Assembly (NCBI RefSeq): GCF_963921235.1
Contig: NC_086097.1
Location: forward strand, 161,264,001-161,328,000
DNA length: 64,000 nt
From: Mobula hypostoma
Lineage: Eukaryota
Reading direction: 5' to 3'
Shown here: piece after piece, positions 47,543 to 59,429 of the stretch
Position numbering within the stretch: position 1 is the stretch's first letter
How the letters are laid out: the number at the start of each line of letters is the position of its first letter
The notes under the pieces: generated by a model
Told to the model about the DNA's origin: nothing
Database searches by the model: none
Seen by the model: the letters and a program-made list of their open reading frames with translations, nothing else
Position numbers and translations under genes: made by a program

Positions 47543-50500
47543 TAGTCCGTGAGCCGGTAGGGTTGGTCAGTGCCATCTGAGGCCAATAATGATCAGAGTG
47601 ATTTTTGGCAAGGTATACATCTCTAGAGTTAGAAAATATGTGATAGCATTGCACCAGTGGTAGGTTTATTACTTCAAATAAGTAATCACTTTTTGTATAT
47701 ATTCCATATTAACATCAGTACAGCAGAAAATGTTACCCCACCCCCCAAAAGGTAAAACACCTCATTTGGAGAGATTTCTGGAGTTTTATCAATGTCATGA
47801 TATTTTCCAAATTGTTGTATCAAATCAAAACGATCTTAAGCTTTTGTCATAGCATATAGAATTACAGTACAATAATTCAAATGTGGGGTTCCACACGGCC
47901 ATAACCTAGGCCCCATTTGATTGTAAAATGAATATATTTAATCAAAGACTGCTTTCCATACTTTGTTTTCCATACTTTCATAACCTATTAATAATCATAA
48001 TAATTTTCCAAGTCTTCCACATCTTCATCTGAACTTTCCACACTCTCTGAGGTGGATGCCTGGTTCTCACAGTGTGCCAGTCCACACACCAGTACATTTG
48101 CAACACACATACATCTTGGGAGTGAATATTTTTTTGGACAGTTACGGGCCAGTAGATCCAGGACGGCATCGGGTGCTGGCTGGCTTTCCATCCAGTGCAC
48201 CACCAACTGTTCAGCTTCCTCTTCTCTCTCCATCTTCCATCCTCTGCCAACAGGGCTTGGCACTTGTGGGTCCTTCTCCAAACATCTTCTCCATATACCA
48301 GCCTGGTAGTTGGCTCACTGTGCATGTTTTGTTAAGCAGTCCTTGCATGGTGAGAAGTGATGACTTTTGATTTCACCTTCTTTGGTACAGAAAAGGTGAT
48401 ACCTGAGCTCATTGACCTTGGTGGTCGATGCTTTTGTGGCGTACAAGAGAAATGTAAATGCCTCCAGTTTGTCCAGCAGTTCTAGGGAGAGGTCCCATTC
48501 CTGACCCAACTCTAAGAATGTGTCCTAAGTTTCCCTGTTGCTGGTCAGAAGTTTTAGGGCACTTGTCTTCCCCTTGCCTGCAAAAGTGCTTACAGAGTCA
48601 CATCCTGTATATGCCTGCAACCTGATGAGAGCCCTATAAACCTCTATGCCAACAGTGGCAGCAACCTTCCTGATGTCTACAAGCCTTGTACGGGTTCTAG
48701 AGCCACACTTCTAGAACAATAGGGCCTCAATCTTGTCACTAAATGCTAAAGACATGATAAAGACATCTGTGTCTTCTGAGCAGATCACTACAGATTGGTA
48801 TCCCTCTCTTGTGGCATGGGCAGCATGGAGAAGTAGGCGGCCATCTGCTTCTTCTTGTTGACACTGAAGAGCTGTCACCTCCTCACTGTCTTGAGATATG
48901 ATTCGTAACATTTGTCATTCACAGTTGCATACAGAATCCTCTCCTGTAGCTTTGCTCTGTACTCCACCTTCCTCCATTCATGGACTATGAAGCTAATGAG
49001 ACTATTTTTGTTACTGACTTTGGTCAGGAAGCTCCTCCACTGCCTCACTGTCTGTGTGCCTGTAATACCTTGCAACTCATATCCAGTCTCTTCACCCCGT
49101 AGAGATCTTTCACTATTCTTGATAGAGTTCTCCTTGTATGTGTCGAACACAACATCTATTCTGCTACTCCGACTGCCTTCCCTCAGAGCCATACCTAGAA
49201 TTGTTGTGGCAACATCTCTGAAAGTAACTTGATTATCTTTCACTCTTTGGACCAAGTTGATTCCATCAGCCACTGTAGCAGAGTTTCCTGGGAGTTGCTC
49301 TTCTACTGCTACATTTTTCTGCAAGACTGTGACTAAAGTAGCTTTATTTGTCTTTCTCAGCAGGGCCCAAGGCAATGGTCCAAGGGGATGAGAAAGGATA
49401 TCCTCCATACATATGTAGCTCCCTGGCCAGCTTCAGGGTCGCTCAGCTCGCTGTTGTCTAGGGAAACAGCCCTCGGCCCCGCCAAACTGGGTAATGGTTT
49501 GTGTGGATGCTGTGTGATGTACCCCACCCCACCCAAATAACAGACAATACACCAAATACGATTAAATGAGTTACAGTTTATAGATAATACTGGAACTATA
49601 TAATTAATAGATAATAAAATATTAAAGGAAAATATAAGGCGCCACACTTATCAAAGTTCAATCTCTTCGTGCACAAACAGTTGGAGCTCAGGACCCTCCT
49701 TCTTCAACCTGCGTTTCCCCTTGGACCACCTCGACCTGCCGCCTGGGACCAACAACGGTGGTCAACCAAACGCTCCACAAGAGTCTGTCTCCGTCTCCTC
49801 TCCTCGCCAAACACCCTGGACCTCGGACTCCAGCTCGGGGTCCGACCCCGTCAGCAGACTCACCGCACCTGGTCCATCCTCTGTCTCTCTCTCCCGCCTT
49901 CTGCCCAAAAACCCGCACATCACACTAACTTATAGACACACAGAAGGAATAACATCTATCCCAAGTGGCTTGTTCACCCTCTTATCAGTAACGTGATCCA
50001 AACAAACTGCTAGCGGGAGGACTTTCTCAGCAGTTAACATAACAAAGAAGCCATTTCAATTATAACATAACAAAGAAGCCATTTTAATTAGACTACGCAG
50101 TAACATAAAAGAAGAAACCCCTTACACATAGACTGCGCCTTTGTGCCATCACTATGATGCGTCCAAACAAAGACCTGTCTGCTTCCAAGATGATCGCCCT
50201 CCCATTTGATTTCACTTCTCTCTTCTTACAGATATCACTGAATGTTTTTGGCTTGTTGGTTTTCAGTGGGTCATGGAATTTCTTTGTTGGTGGGTCTTCC
50301 TCTAGTCTCTCAACCTTGAAGGTTGTATAGCATTGCTCACCAATCTCATATGCCTTCATCAGGTCGGAGGCAATGTCCTTGGGGGCTGCCTTTGCCATAG
50401 GGATGCTAATGAGGTCCCGCTTCTCTGCAAATAGGTTGACTCATTCATGTATGAGGCTAACCACTGCTGAAACTGCTTCCTCATCTGTCTGGATTCTTGG

Positions 50501-51251
50501 CCGCTGGAGCTCCACATGACAAAGCTCTGATTTGTTACCTTGCACCATCTCCCTTAACTGTCCCAGGAAAGCACTGCGGTGCTCAGCTGTTATGTAGTAA
50601 TGTTTGATAGCTCCAGTATTCAGGCTGAACCGTGATGTGCCTCCAGGAGTCTGTGTGAATTTGTTCACTGTGGCTTCAACAGCCTGGTCCACAGGAATCT
50701 GCCCAAAGGGGTTGTTACTTGACAGCTGCACTGAGTATTGGCCGGTCTTGAAGGCCTCATACACAGAAGGATTATTCTCTGGGAGGTTCATCATCTGAGC
50801 AAAGTAAGGGGACAGGTACCCGGCATAATTCATCTTACCATAGGCAAAGCACCATGGGATCATGCTTCTTATAGCATGGAGGTGCAACCCCCAGTCCCCC
50901 TCACGAGAGGCGCGCAGAAGCTCAAGTACCACGTTCTCTACCACATCAATGTGTGATATCCAGAATGCGGATAGCTCTCCATTGTTGTGACGGAGGTGCT
51001 CCGGAAAATCTGTCCATTATTCAGCTCAGCTAAGAGTGGACTTTGCAGCAGATTATTCAACTTCTGTTGGTTCAAGTCACTGGCCATATCATTCACATGG
51101 TCTAAGAATGATTTGAAGAAGCTACCACTGCTGCAATGCTATCACATATTTTCCAGCACTAGGGGTGTATACCTTGCCAAAAATCACTATAAGAATTATT
51201 CCCCCCAGATGGTACTGGTGGCCCAAATTTGGGGTCCTGGCTCACGGACTA
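47543..51251 (-). mobile_element. Academ (AcademX, XPG-nuclease type) DNA transposon, internally deleted
   Basis: ~125-bp imperfect TIRs TAGTCCGTGAGCC...GGCTCACGGACTA, 3-bp TSD TAA (47540-42 / 51252-54). ORF remnants REGDWGLHL..MNYAGYL..IPVDQAVEATVN, VVFDTY, QEEADGRLLLHA, TGCDSVSTFAGKGK, and a C-terminal Cys cluster. Confidence 0.8.
49414..50126 (-). mobile_element. Solo LTR (713 bp), Gypsy type, inside the Academ ORF
   Basis: TGTA...TACA termini, 4-bp TSD CATA (49410-13 / 50127-30). The Academ frame RRSL|CMEDIL is restored on removal. Shares GTCTAGGG..CCCGCCAAAC with the LTRs at 51529 and 58067. Confidence 0.85.
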
Positions 51252-51528
51252 TAAAGCAACTATTATTGCTCTAACTGTATTAAAGGCATGAAATTGGCCA
51301 ATGACAGGAGCACAAAATGGATTATTAGGAAGTGAGTTTAAACCAAAGCTAATTGACTTCAATTGAAAAGAAAATTAAACAAGTTTGCCCAAGACCAATT
51401 TCACCCCAAGACCTAAGCACTTAAATAGATAAGAAGGAAAAATTTTAGATAGTTAGGCTAAAGACACAACATTTCGCAGAAAACATTTCACAATTCAAAG
51501 TTCAAAGTAAATTTATTATCAAAATACA

Positions 51529-52127
51529 TGTAATGCTTAGGGCTAGCGACTCACGTTTGTCTAGGGGAAACCCCGTCAGCCCGCCAAACCGTGTCTCACG
51601 TTTGCATATATGCTGTTTAATGCATCCCAGTACAAACTCACACATAAAATATCACACAGAACACAACGTAAGATTAACTGATTACACTTTATAAATCTTA
51701 CTGTGACTATGTGGTTAAGAGAGATACAAATTAAAAGGAAAAAAAAAGGTGCCAAGCTTATCAGAGTTCAACCAATTCGTGCACAACCGTTGGAGCTCAA
51801 TTAACGGAGTCTTCTCTCCACCATTTGATCTCCTCCAAACTCCTCGACCCTCCGACTGTGACCGACCACGGTGGTCTACCAGAGCGTGTCCAGCACGTCC
51901 TTCCTCCTCGTTCCTCCTCGCTCCAAAGCCCAAGCGCCAACCCTGGTTCCCACACATACAGATAGAATAACAAGACTTCCATAGGTTAGTTCCTCCGTTA
52001 TCTATAGTTATAACCCAAACATTTCAGCTACAAAGAACATTACTTCACCAGTTAACATTACAAGGCAGCCATTTTATTATTAGCAATTAACAGTTAACAT
52101 TACAGTTAATATTCTGAGAACCCTACA
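51529..52127 (-). repeat. 3' LTR
   Basis: Direct repeat of 58067-58675. Adjacent PPT GGTGGGAGGAGAA (minus, 52128-52140). Confidence 0.95.
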
Positions 52128-52148
52128 TTCTCCTCCCACCGAATTTAG

Positions 52149-55100
52149 TCATGCCCTCATAACGTTCAGATACTTCGCCAACCCTTCCTGCAGAACACAG
52201 AGCCCAATCCAAGTACAGAAAGTAGTGACATAACTCCCCAAAACAGTAGAGATCACACACTGCTCCCCAGGCGCTGCATAGGCCAACCTAATCAGGGGGT
52301 TCCTAAGCCTCTGAGGCCTCCACACACCCTCTCCTAGCTCCTCCGGCTCAGACACTACTGGAGACACGGTGGTGCTACCTGGCGGAACCTCCCATGATCT
52401 GTCACTCAAACCCCACTGCAACTCGGAGCCCCCAGTCTCGGGTTCAGGCCCCACTTCCTCTCCCCCAGAGCCCTGCTGCACTCCCCGTTTCCCCCCAACA
52501 GCCCCCCTCACCTCCCCTGACGCAGTGGGAGAAGGGCCTGGAGTCTCTTCCTCCATCACAGGGAAGTTAACGAACGGCAGCATGTACCACTCATCCGAAT
52601 TACCATCCTCTGAATCAATATCCCTTTCCAGGACTGGGCACAGCCCCGGTTCTTCCTTCACCCTACGCTTCCGCAGAGTCCTCGTACTAGGCGTAGACGC
52701 CAATTCGAGCTCTTGGTCTACCTGCACCTCTTGTCCTAGGGGCAATAGGTGGTTCCGATGAAGTATCTTGACAGGCCCCTTTCCCTCCTCTGGCCTCACC
52801 CGGAAAACCAGTAGGTTCAGCATCTGAGTCATAGAAACATAGAATAGTACAGCACAGCACAGGCCCTTCAGCCCGCAATGTTGTGCCCACCCTTAAACTC
52901 TGCAGTGGTCAGCCAACTTGTGCTTTCCAGGTAATCCCAAATTCCTTATGAAGACTCGGTCTTCCGGCAGGAGTTGGGAGAACTTTACTTCCTGGTCATA
53001 CCTCCCCTTATTTCCCCGATTCTGCTTGGCGGCTGCCACCCCAGTCAATTCATAAGCCCTTTTTAGTTCTCTCCTCATGTCAGACATATACTTCAGATAA
53101 GGCTTCAGCTGTACGTCACCCGTGTCAGTCCCGAAACAGAAGTCAACGGGCAACCTCGCCTTGCGCCCAAACATCAGATAATAGGGCGCGAGGCGAGGTT
53201 GCCCAGTAGCCTCATTGCGTGTGCAGTTGTAACAGTGAACCAGATGCCCAATATATTGAATCCATCTGCTCTTTTTGCTGATGTCCAGAGTCCCGAGCAT
53301 GTCTAGCAACGACCGATTAAACCTCTCAGGCTGGGGATCACCCTGCAGATGATAAGGCGTGGTCCTCGATTTCTCAACTCCCAGCATGCCCAGTAACTCA
53401 TAGATAAACTTACTCTCAAAGTCCCATCCCTGATCACTATGTATCCACCGAGGAAGGCCATAATGCACAAAATACTTCTCCCATAATACTTTTGCCACCG
53501 TAGTCGCCCTCTGGTCCTTGGTAGGAAAAGTCTGTGCATATCTAGTGTAGTGATCCGTGGTGACTAAGACATTCATCGTGTTGCTGGCATCGGGTTCTAT
53601 GGATAGAAAATCTAGGTCCACACTAGATCCAGGGGCCCTGCACTCTGCAAATGTGACAAAGGAGCAGCCTGCACAGGCAGTGTCATCCGGTGTATGCAGA
53701 GAGTGCATGACTTGCAGTACTCTTCAACCTCCGACTTCATTCTGGGTCAGTAAAACCAGTCTCTGAGCAATCTATAGGTCCTCTCCACCCCCAAATCTCC
53801 AGAATCATCGTGCAGTGACTTCAACACAATCTTCTGATACTTCTCAGACAGGACCAACTGCCAACACCGAGGTCAGTCCGGGGGTGACGTTACCCAGTAT
53901 AGAATTTGGTTCCTCAACTTCAACCGAGGCCATTCCCTAAGTAGGGGAGGCACCAAAACGTGTTTCGTCTTCTCCGCCCGCTCCATATCCCACTCCTCCA
54001 CCACATACCAGACAGTACCAATGCCCGGGTCATCTCGCTGAGCAGCTGCCACCTTTCCAGGATTTAATTCCGGCAGCTGCTTGGCCTTCAGTGCGGTCAG
54101 GTCACAATAAACTGGGGGCAGAGTGGCATCAGAAGCCCTCAGTGGGTCCACTGCGCAATCCGGCCTCCCCTTTTCCTCGGCCTTCATGGGGATAGCAAAC
54201 TGACACATGGCCTTCACCCCAGGGGCAGGAATGCTCTCCCACTCCTCATCCCTCTCCAGTTTCTCATGCATCCATCGGGACAAAGCGTCCGTATCGATAT
54301 TTGGCTCCCCGGCCAGTACTTCAGGCTGAAATCATATACCGACAATGCCGCCAACCACCGATGACCTGTAGCATCCAGTTTCACCAAGGTCAGGCTGTAA
54401 GTGAACGGGTTGTTGTCTGTCCTCACCTCAAACTTGGCCCCATAGAGGCAGCCACCTCTAACTCAGCTGATCCACCACCACCCATTTCAATGCCAGGAAT
54501 TCCAACGTGTGGGTGGGATAGTTTCTCTCGGAGGGCGACAAACTCCAGCTGACAAATGCTACAGGCCTCAACCCAGTGCCCTAATCCTGATACAGGACGG
54601 ACCCCTAATCCCTCTCGACTGGCATTGGTGTGTAGTACATAGGGCAATCGGGGGTCCATAAAAGCCAGCACTGGTGCCTGAGTCAGCAACTTCCTCAGCG
54701 ATTTAAAAGCCTCCTCACATTTAGCATCCCACTTCGTCCGAAGGGCTCCGATGGGCTGAGATAGTCCCCAGCCTCCCATCCCCTTTTCCCTTTCTTCCCC
54801 AAGGGAGGGTAACCGTGCAGAAGCTGGTGCAAGGGGTGACTCACTTTGGCGTAGCCCTTTGCGAATCTCCGATAATAATCACAGAACCCCAAGAACGAGC
54901 GCAGAGCGCTCACAGTCTGGGACCTTGGCCACGTGGTCACCGCTTCTATCTTAGCTGGGTCTGTAACTACTCCAACTGCGCGATTATGTGCCCAACATAG
55001 CTAACAGATGTCTTGCAGAACTGGCACTTGACCAGGGAAAGTTTTAACCCTTCCTCTTTCAGTTGGCTTAGCACCTCCAGAAGCCTTGCTTTGTGTTCTT

Positions 55101-56600
55101 CCAAGGTGGATCCAAATACAATCAAGTCATCCAAATACACCAACAATTAGAGCAAATTCATATCCCCCACCATCTTCTCCATGACCATCTGGAAGGTAGC
55201 AGGGGCTCCCGATATGCCCTGGGGCATCCTTTCGAACTGGAAAAGTCCCAGAGGGCATATAAACATCATCTTCTCTTTGTCGGCCTCACTCATCGGGATC
55301 TGGTAATATCCACTCCTCAAATTCAGCACACTGAACCACTTCGCCCCACTCAGACAAGCCAGTGCGTCATCGACCCTTGGGACCGTATACTGGTCAGGGA
55401 CGGTGCGCCAGTTCAGGGTCCTATAGTCCACACACATGCATACTTTGCCGTTCTTCTTCCGGGCCACTACTATTGGGGATGGATAAGGGCTTCGGGATTC
55501 TGAGATGATCCCAGCTTCTTTCAACATACACAAATGCTGCTGCATATCTTCCACATCTGCAAGGGCCAGCGGTCGCAACTTTTCTCTAAATGGGGTGTTC
55601 TCAGTCACCCGGATGGTGTGGCGAGTGCTCTTGGAACAACCCACATCGACCTCGCCAAGGGAAAAAACATCTTCCAGCTTCAACATCTTCTCCACCAACT
55701 TTTGCTTCCAATCAGCCGGCACAGGAGAGTCCCCAAAGTTGAAGGCCTCAGCAGTCAGCTTCCCTCTGTTTTCCAATCGTCCCCCCCAGCAGGCCTCACA
55801 GGGGCGCTAGACATTACCGTCACCGGGAACAAATGTGCCAGAGACATCCCTCTCTTAAAGGTGATTTCCCTTTTTGTAGTGTTCTGGACAACCGTCGCCA
55901 TCCTGCTTGCCTGTACCATCGAGGGCCTCTGCACTTCGGACCTCACCAGCACCCCAACCGGAAAACATGATTCCCCTTCAAGGTCTTCCGGGGGTCCACT
56001 AAAAAGGCCTCACCATCAGGCACTCCTGGAAATCTAGGGGTTCCCATCACTCTCGCCACTTCCCCGGGCCTTATTACCTTAGGCTTCGACTGGGTGCACC
56101 ACACAGTCCCTCATTTAAATTCAGTATCCGGCCCAGGGCAGCTCCACACTTCATCAAAAGCAGCTTGAAGCACAGGGTGCACCACCAGGGTCCCCAAAAA
56201 GTTCTCACCCCCCTTCTCCTTACAGGCTTCCACACCACAGGGGTGTTGGTCCCCACCAGAATTGAAGCACCACCTGTCTCAACCGGGTCCGGACAAACCA
56301 GTACTAAGGTCTCCAGAACTTCAGACACTTCCACATCGGCTTCCGAGAACTCTAGTCTCATTGACAAATACCCGTCATATGGATAATCACCAGCACTGAC
56401 GCCCCAAATCTCCAGTGCACTGAATGGGGTCAGGGGCAAATGCTTTAAATACTGGTTGTAAAATGAACAGTATAGTAACGTGACCTGCGACCCAATGTCA
56501 ATCATGGCTTTAGCATAGGTTTTCTCTATCTGTAGCGATACGCTGGAGCAGGGTCCCACTAATCCTTCTGGAATCGGGTCTTTTTCTTTTGGGGGTTCCT
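52149..56600 (-). pseudogene. Gypsy pol (protease, RT, RNase H, integrase), frameshifted
   Basis: AMIDIGSQVT (PR); SPYPSPIVVARKKNG.V.MCVDYR.LN, LRSGYYQI, RMPQG, VYLDD (RT); LRSFLGFCDYYRRF, TDNNP (RH); DLDFL, IHSDQG, PERFNRSL (IN). Confidence 0.92.
52829..52900 (-). mobile_element. Tiny CR1 3'-tail fragment inserted in the integrase C-terminus
   Basis: CATAGAAACATAGAATAGTACAGCACAGCACAGGCCCTTCAGCCC is the reverse complement of the CR1 3' end at about 9130-9180. Confidence 0.75.
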
Positions 56601-56699
56601 TGGTACATTGCTGGGAACATGCTCCCCCAGAGACACCAGGCCGTTTCCTCACTGGGTCTCCTCTAAGTTTCCCGACACCTCTCCTTGCTTGGATGCCCG

Positions 56700-57996
56700 A
56701 GGACTCGCCCTCCCTGCCGCTCACATTCCCGCTGGAAGTGGCTCTCTTCCCCACAGTTATAGCACATGCTACTGGCCACCCCTCCTCTCGCAGCCCTTGG
56801 CGCTGTCCATCCGCTGGGGGGGGGGCCCTCCCTACTGACCCCTCAGTTCTTAGCTCGGCCACCACCTCCTTTATCAATTTCCAAGTGGTGCTGGCTCCGC
56901 CCATTTCCCCACCAGGGGCTGCAATTGAGGATTTCATCCTACTGACAGAGTCCTCCCGTGGCCCCAGCGCATTCTCATGCCCCCTCACGTCTCTGATCAG
57001 CTGAACGAACGTCGGAGGGGGGTGCATTTTATAGGACTGCCGGAGACTCCAAGCCAATCTTGTCCTCAGCCTGGGCACCTCTAATTACCTGATCCATCCT
57101 TAACTGATCGACCTCCTCAGCCCGAATGATTCCCCCCACCCCCCGAGCCGCAGCCCACTAAGCTGTCAGTCTAGCCGAAAAAGGTATGCAGAGACCTTCT
57201 CACCCTTCTCCTGGCGCACGTTTTGAAACTCCCCGAGAGCTCCCAGGAGCTCCTGGTCAACCCAAAAGCACTTTCCAAGGCCTCCAGATAATCATTCTGA
57301 GTGGCCAAAGGCTGGTTAACCTTCACACCTCGTACTACCCTAGCCGCCACTCCTCACAAACTTTCCACCAATCTCTGTCGCTTTTCCTCATCCGAGCACT
57401 GCCACTCACTTAACCACTGCGATGCTTGCTCTACCCATGTCTCATAATCCTTTTCACCTTCGGGGGTGGGTGTTATCCCCGAGAAAATTCTTAATCTTCT
57501 GGCAGGGCCCCTCTGTCTTTCCCGCCAGGAAGGTAATTGCAGATGCCAACTCAGAACTCTTGCCTTTCGCTGGGAAATGGGAACTAACCAAATTTTCCAA
57601 ATCTGACCACTCCTTCCCTTCATCCTTCAGTACCGAGAGAATTCGTTCCCTAAAATCCCCACCTTCATTCGCTGGCAACTCAGCTCGCTGAGCTCCGGCC
57701 CCTCCCTCCCCAACAATTTGCAGGATCCATGGTCCCGCCTCCCCTGGGATGCCAATCTCCTCTGGCAACTCCCCGCCTCCTATGTCCTCGCTTGTCTGCA
57801 CCAACACTATGTCTGTGCCTGCCTCAAAATCAAAGTTTCGCAATACACTTTCCACTTTGCAATCCACTTTAACCGTACTCAAACCTTGAAGTAACATGTC
57901 ATCTGGTACACTAGTCTCCACCCCCCTCAACACACACGCATTGCTCGCTGACACCCTCGCAGTCGCACACCATCACCGAAATGCAGCTATCGCCAT
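56700..57996 (-). pseudogene. PNMA/MOAP1-like Gag with CCHC knuckle
   Basis: N-terminal NACVLRGV..ELPEEIGIPGEAGPW; capsid RRLRIFSG..P..GEKDYETWVEQA..WQCSDEEKRQRLVESL; CYNCGEESHFQREC near 56723-56765. Confidence 0.8.
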
Positions 57997-58044
57997 CACC
58001 ACTGTACTTTAAACAGAGTGGTCACACAGCATCCACAGAATTCA

Positions 58045-58062
58045 ATCCCATTCGAGCCCCCA
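58045..58062 (-). other. Primer-binding site, tRNA-Pro type
   Basis: TGGGGGCTCGAATGGGAT 4 nt downstream of the 5' LTR; 15/18 match to the canonical tRNA-Pro PBS TGGGGGCTCGTCCGGGAT. Confidence 0.75.
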
Positions 58063-58066
58063 CAAA

Positions 58067-58675
58067 TGTAACGCTCAGGGCTAACAACTCACGTTTGTCT
58101 AGGGGAAACCCCGTCAGCCCGCCAAACCATGTCTCACGTTTACGTAGATGCTGTTTAATGCACCCCAGTACAAACTCGCACATAAAATATCAGACAGCAC
58201 ACAATGTACAATTAACTGATTACACTTTATAAATCTTACTGTGCCTATGTGGTTAATAGAGGTACAAATTAAAAGGAAAAAAAAAGGCGCCAAACCTTGT
58301 TCAGAGTTTAACCAATTCATGCACAACCGCTGGAGCTCAATTAACGGAGTCTTCTCTCCACCATTCGATCTCCTCCAAACTCCTCGACCCTCCGACTGGG
58401 ACCAAACAAGGTGGTCTACCAGAGCGCGTCCAGCACAACCTTCCTCTTTATTCCTCCTTGCTCCAAAGCCCGCACACCAACCCTGGTTCCCACACACACA
58501 GATAGAATAACAAGACTTCCATTGGTTAGTTCCTCCGTTATCTATAGTTATAACCCAAATATTACAGCTACAAAGAACATTACCTCACCAGTTAACATTA
58601 CAGGGAAGCTATTTCATTATAACATTACAGGGAAGCCATTTTATTATTAACAGTTAATATTCTGAGAACCCTACA
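58067..58675 (-). repeat. 5' LTR
   Basis: Direct repeat of 51529-52127; adjacent to the PBS. Confidence 0.95.
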
Positions 58676-58733
58676 TTCACATACAACCACATACAACCCT
58701 GAGTTTCATTTTATTGCAGGCATAATCAATAAA

Positions 58734-59054
58734 GATAAGAAATATAAAGGCATCCGTTAGTCTTGCGAGACCATGGATCTGCGCCTGCAAAGTCTTCACT
58801 CTCCAGGGCGCAGGCCGGGGCAAGTTTGTATGGAAGACCAGCGGTTGCCCATGCTGCAAGTCTCCCCTCTCCATGACACTGATGTTGTCCAAGGGAAGGG
58901 CACTAGGACCGATACAGCTTGGCACCAGTGCCATCACAGAGCAATGTGTGATTAAGTGCCTTGCTCAAGGACACATCACGCTGCCTCAGCTGGGGCACGA
59001 ACTCACGACCTTCAGATCACTAGTCGAATGACTTAACCAGTTGGCCACGTGCCC
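58734..59054 (-). mobile_element. tRNA-derived SINE (same family as 42971-43277)
   Basis: Reverse complement aligns with 42971-43277. Probable TSD ATCAATAAA (58725-33 / 59072-80). Confidence 0.88.
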
Positions 59055-59429
59055 ACAATTGATTGTATTGTATCAATAAATACAATAACTATAATCAAGT
59101 CAATGAAAGACCTCACCCAAGAAGGCGAAAATCAGTGTACAGAAGATAACAAACTGTGCAAATACAACAAAAACAAAATAATAATTAATACATAAGCAAT
59201 AAATATCAAGAATATGAGATGAAGAGCCCTTGAATGTGAGCCCATAAGTCGTGGGAGCAGCTCAGTGATGGGGTAAGTGAAGTTATCCCCTCTGGTTCAA
59301 GCGCCTGATGGTTGAGGGATAATAGCTTCCCTTGAACCTGGTGGCGTGAATCCTGGGACTCCTAAACCTTCTTCCTGATGGCAGCAGTGAGAAGAGAGCA
59401 TCACCTGGTTGGTGGGAGCTCCAGGAGTG

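Larger units (their letters stand above)
51529..58675 (-). mobile_element. Full-length Ty3/Gypsy LTR retrotransposon (7.1 kb), decayed
   Basis: Two ~600-bp LTRs (TGTA...TACA), PBS, PPT, and gag-PR-RT-RH-IN order. Imperfect 4-bp TSD TACA/TTCA. Confidence 0.95.
51493..59420 (-). mobile_element. Rex1-like 3' fragment (51493-51528 and 58676-59420) hosting the Gypsy element and a SINE
   Basis: TTCAAAGTTCAAAGTAAATTTATTATCAAAATACA continues after the second LTR as ..CATACAACCCTGAG..CCTGATGGCAGCAGTGAGAAGAGAGCA. Confidence 0.6.

Noticed and set aside
48300..49408. Host FEN1/XPG/GEN1 gene
   Set aside because: Intronless, frameshifted and enclosed by TIRs with a TSD; part of the Academ element.
57354..57954. 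Host PNMA/MOAP1 gene
   Set aside because: Lies between LTRs with PBS and pol and has stops and frameshifts, so it is a retrotransposon Gag, not a domesticated gene.
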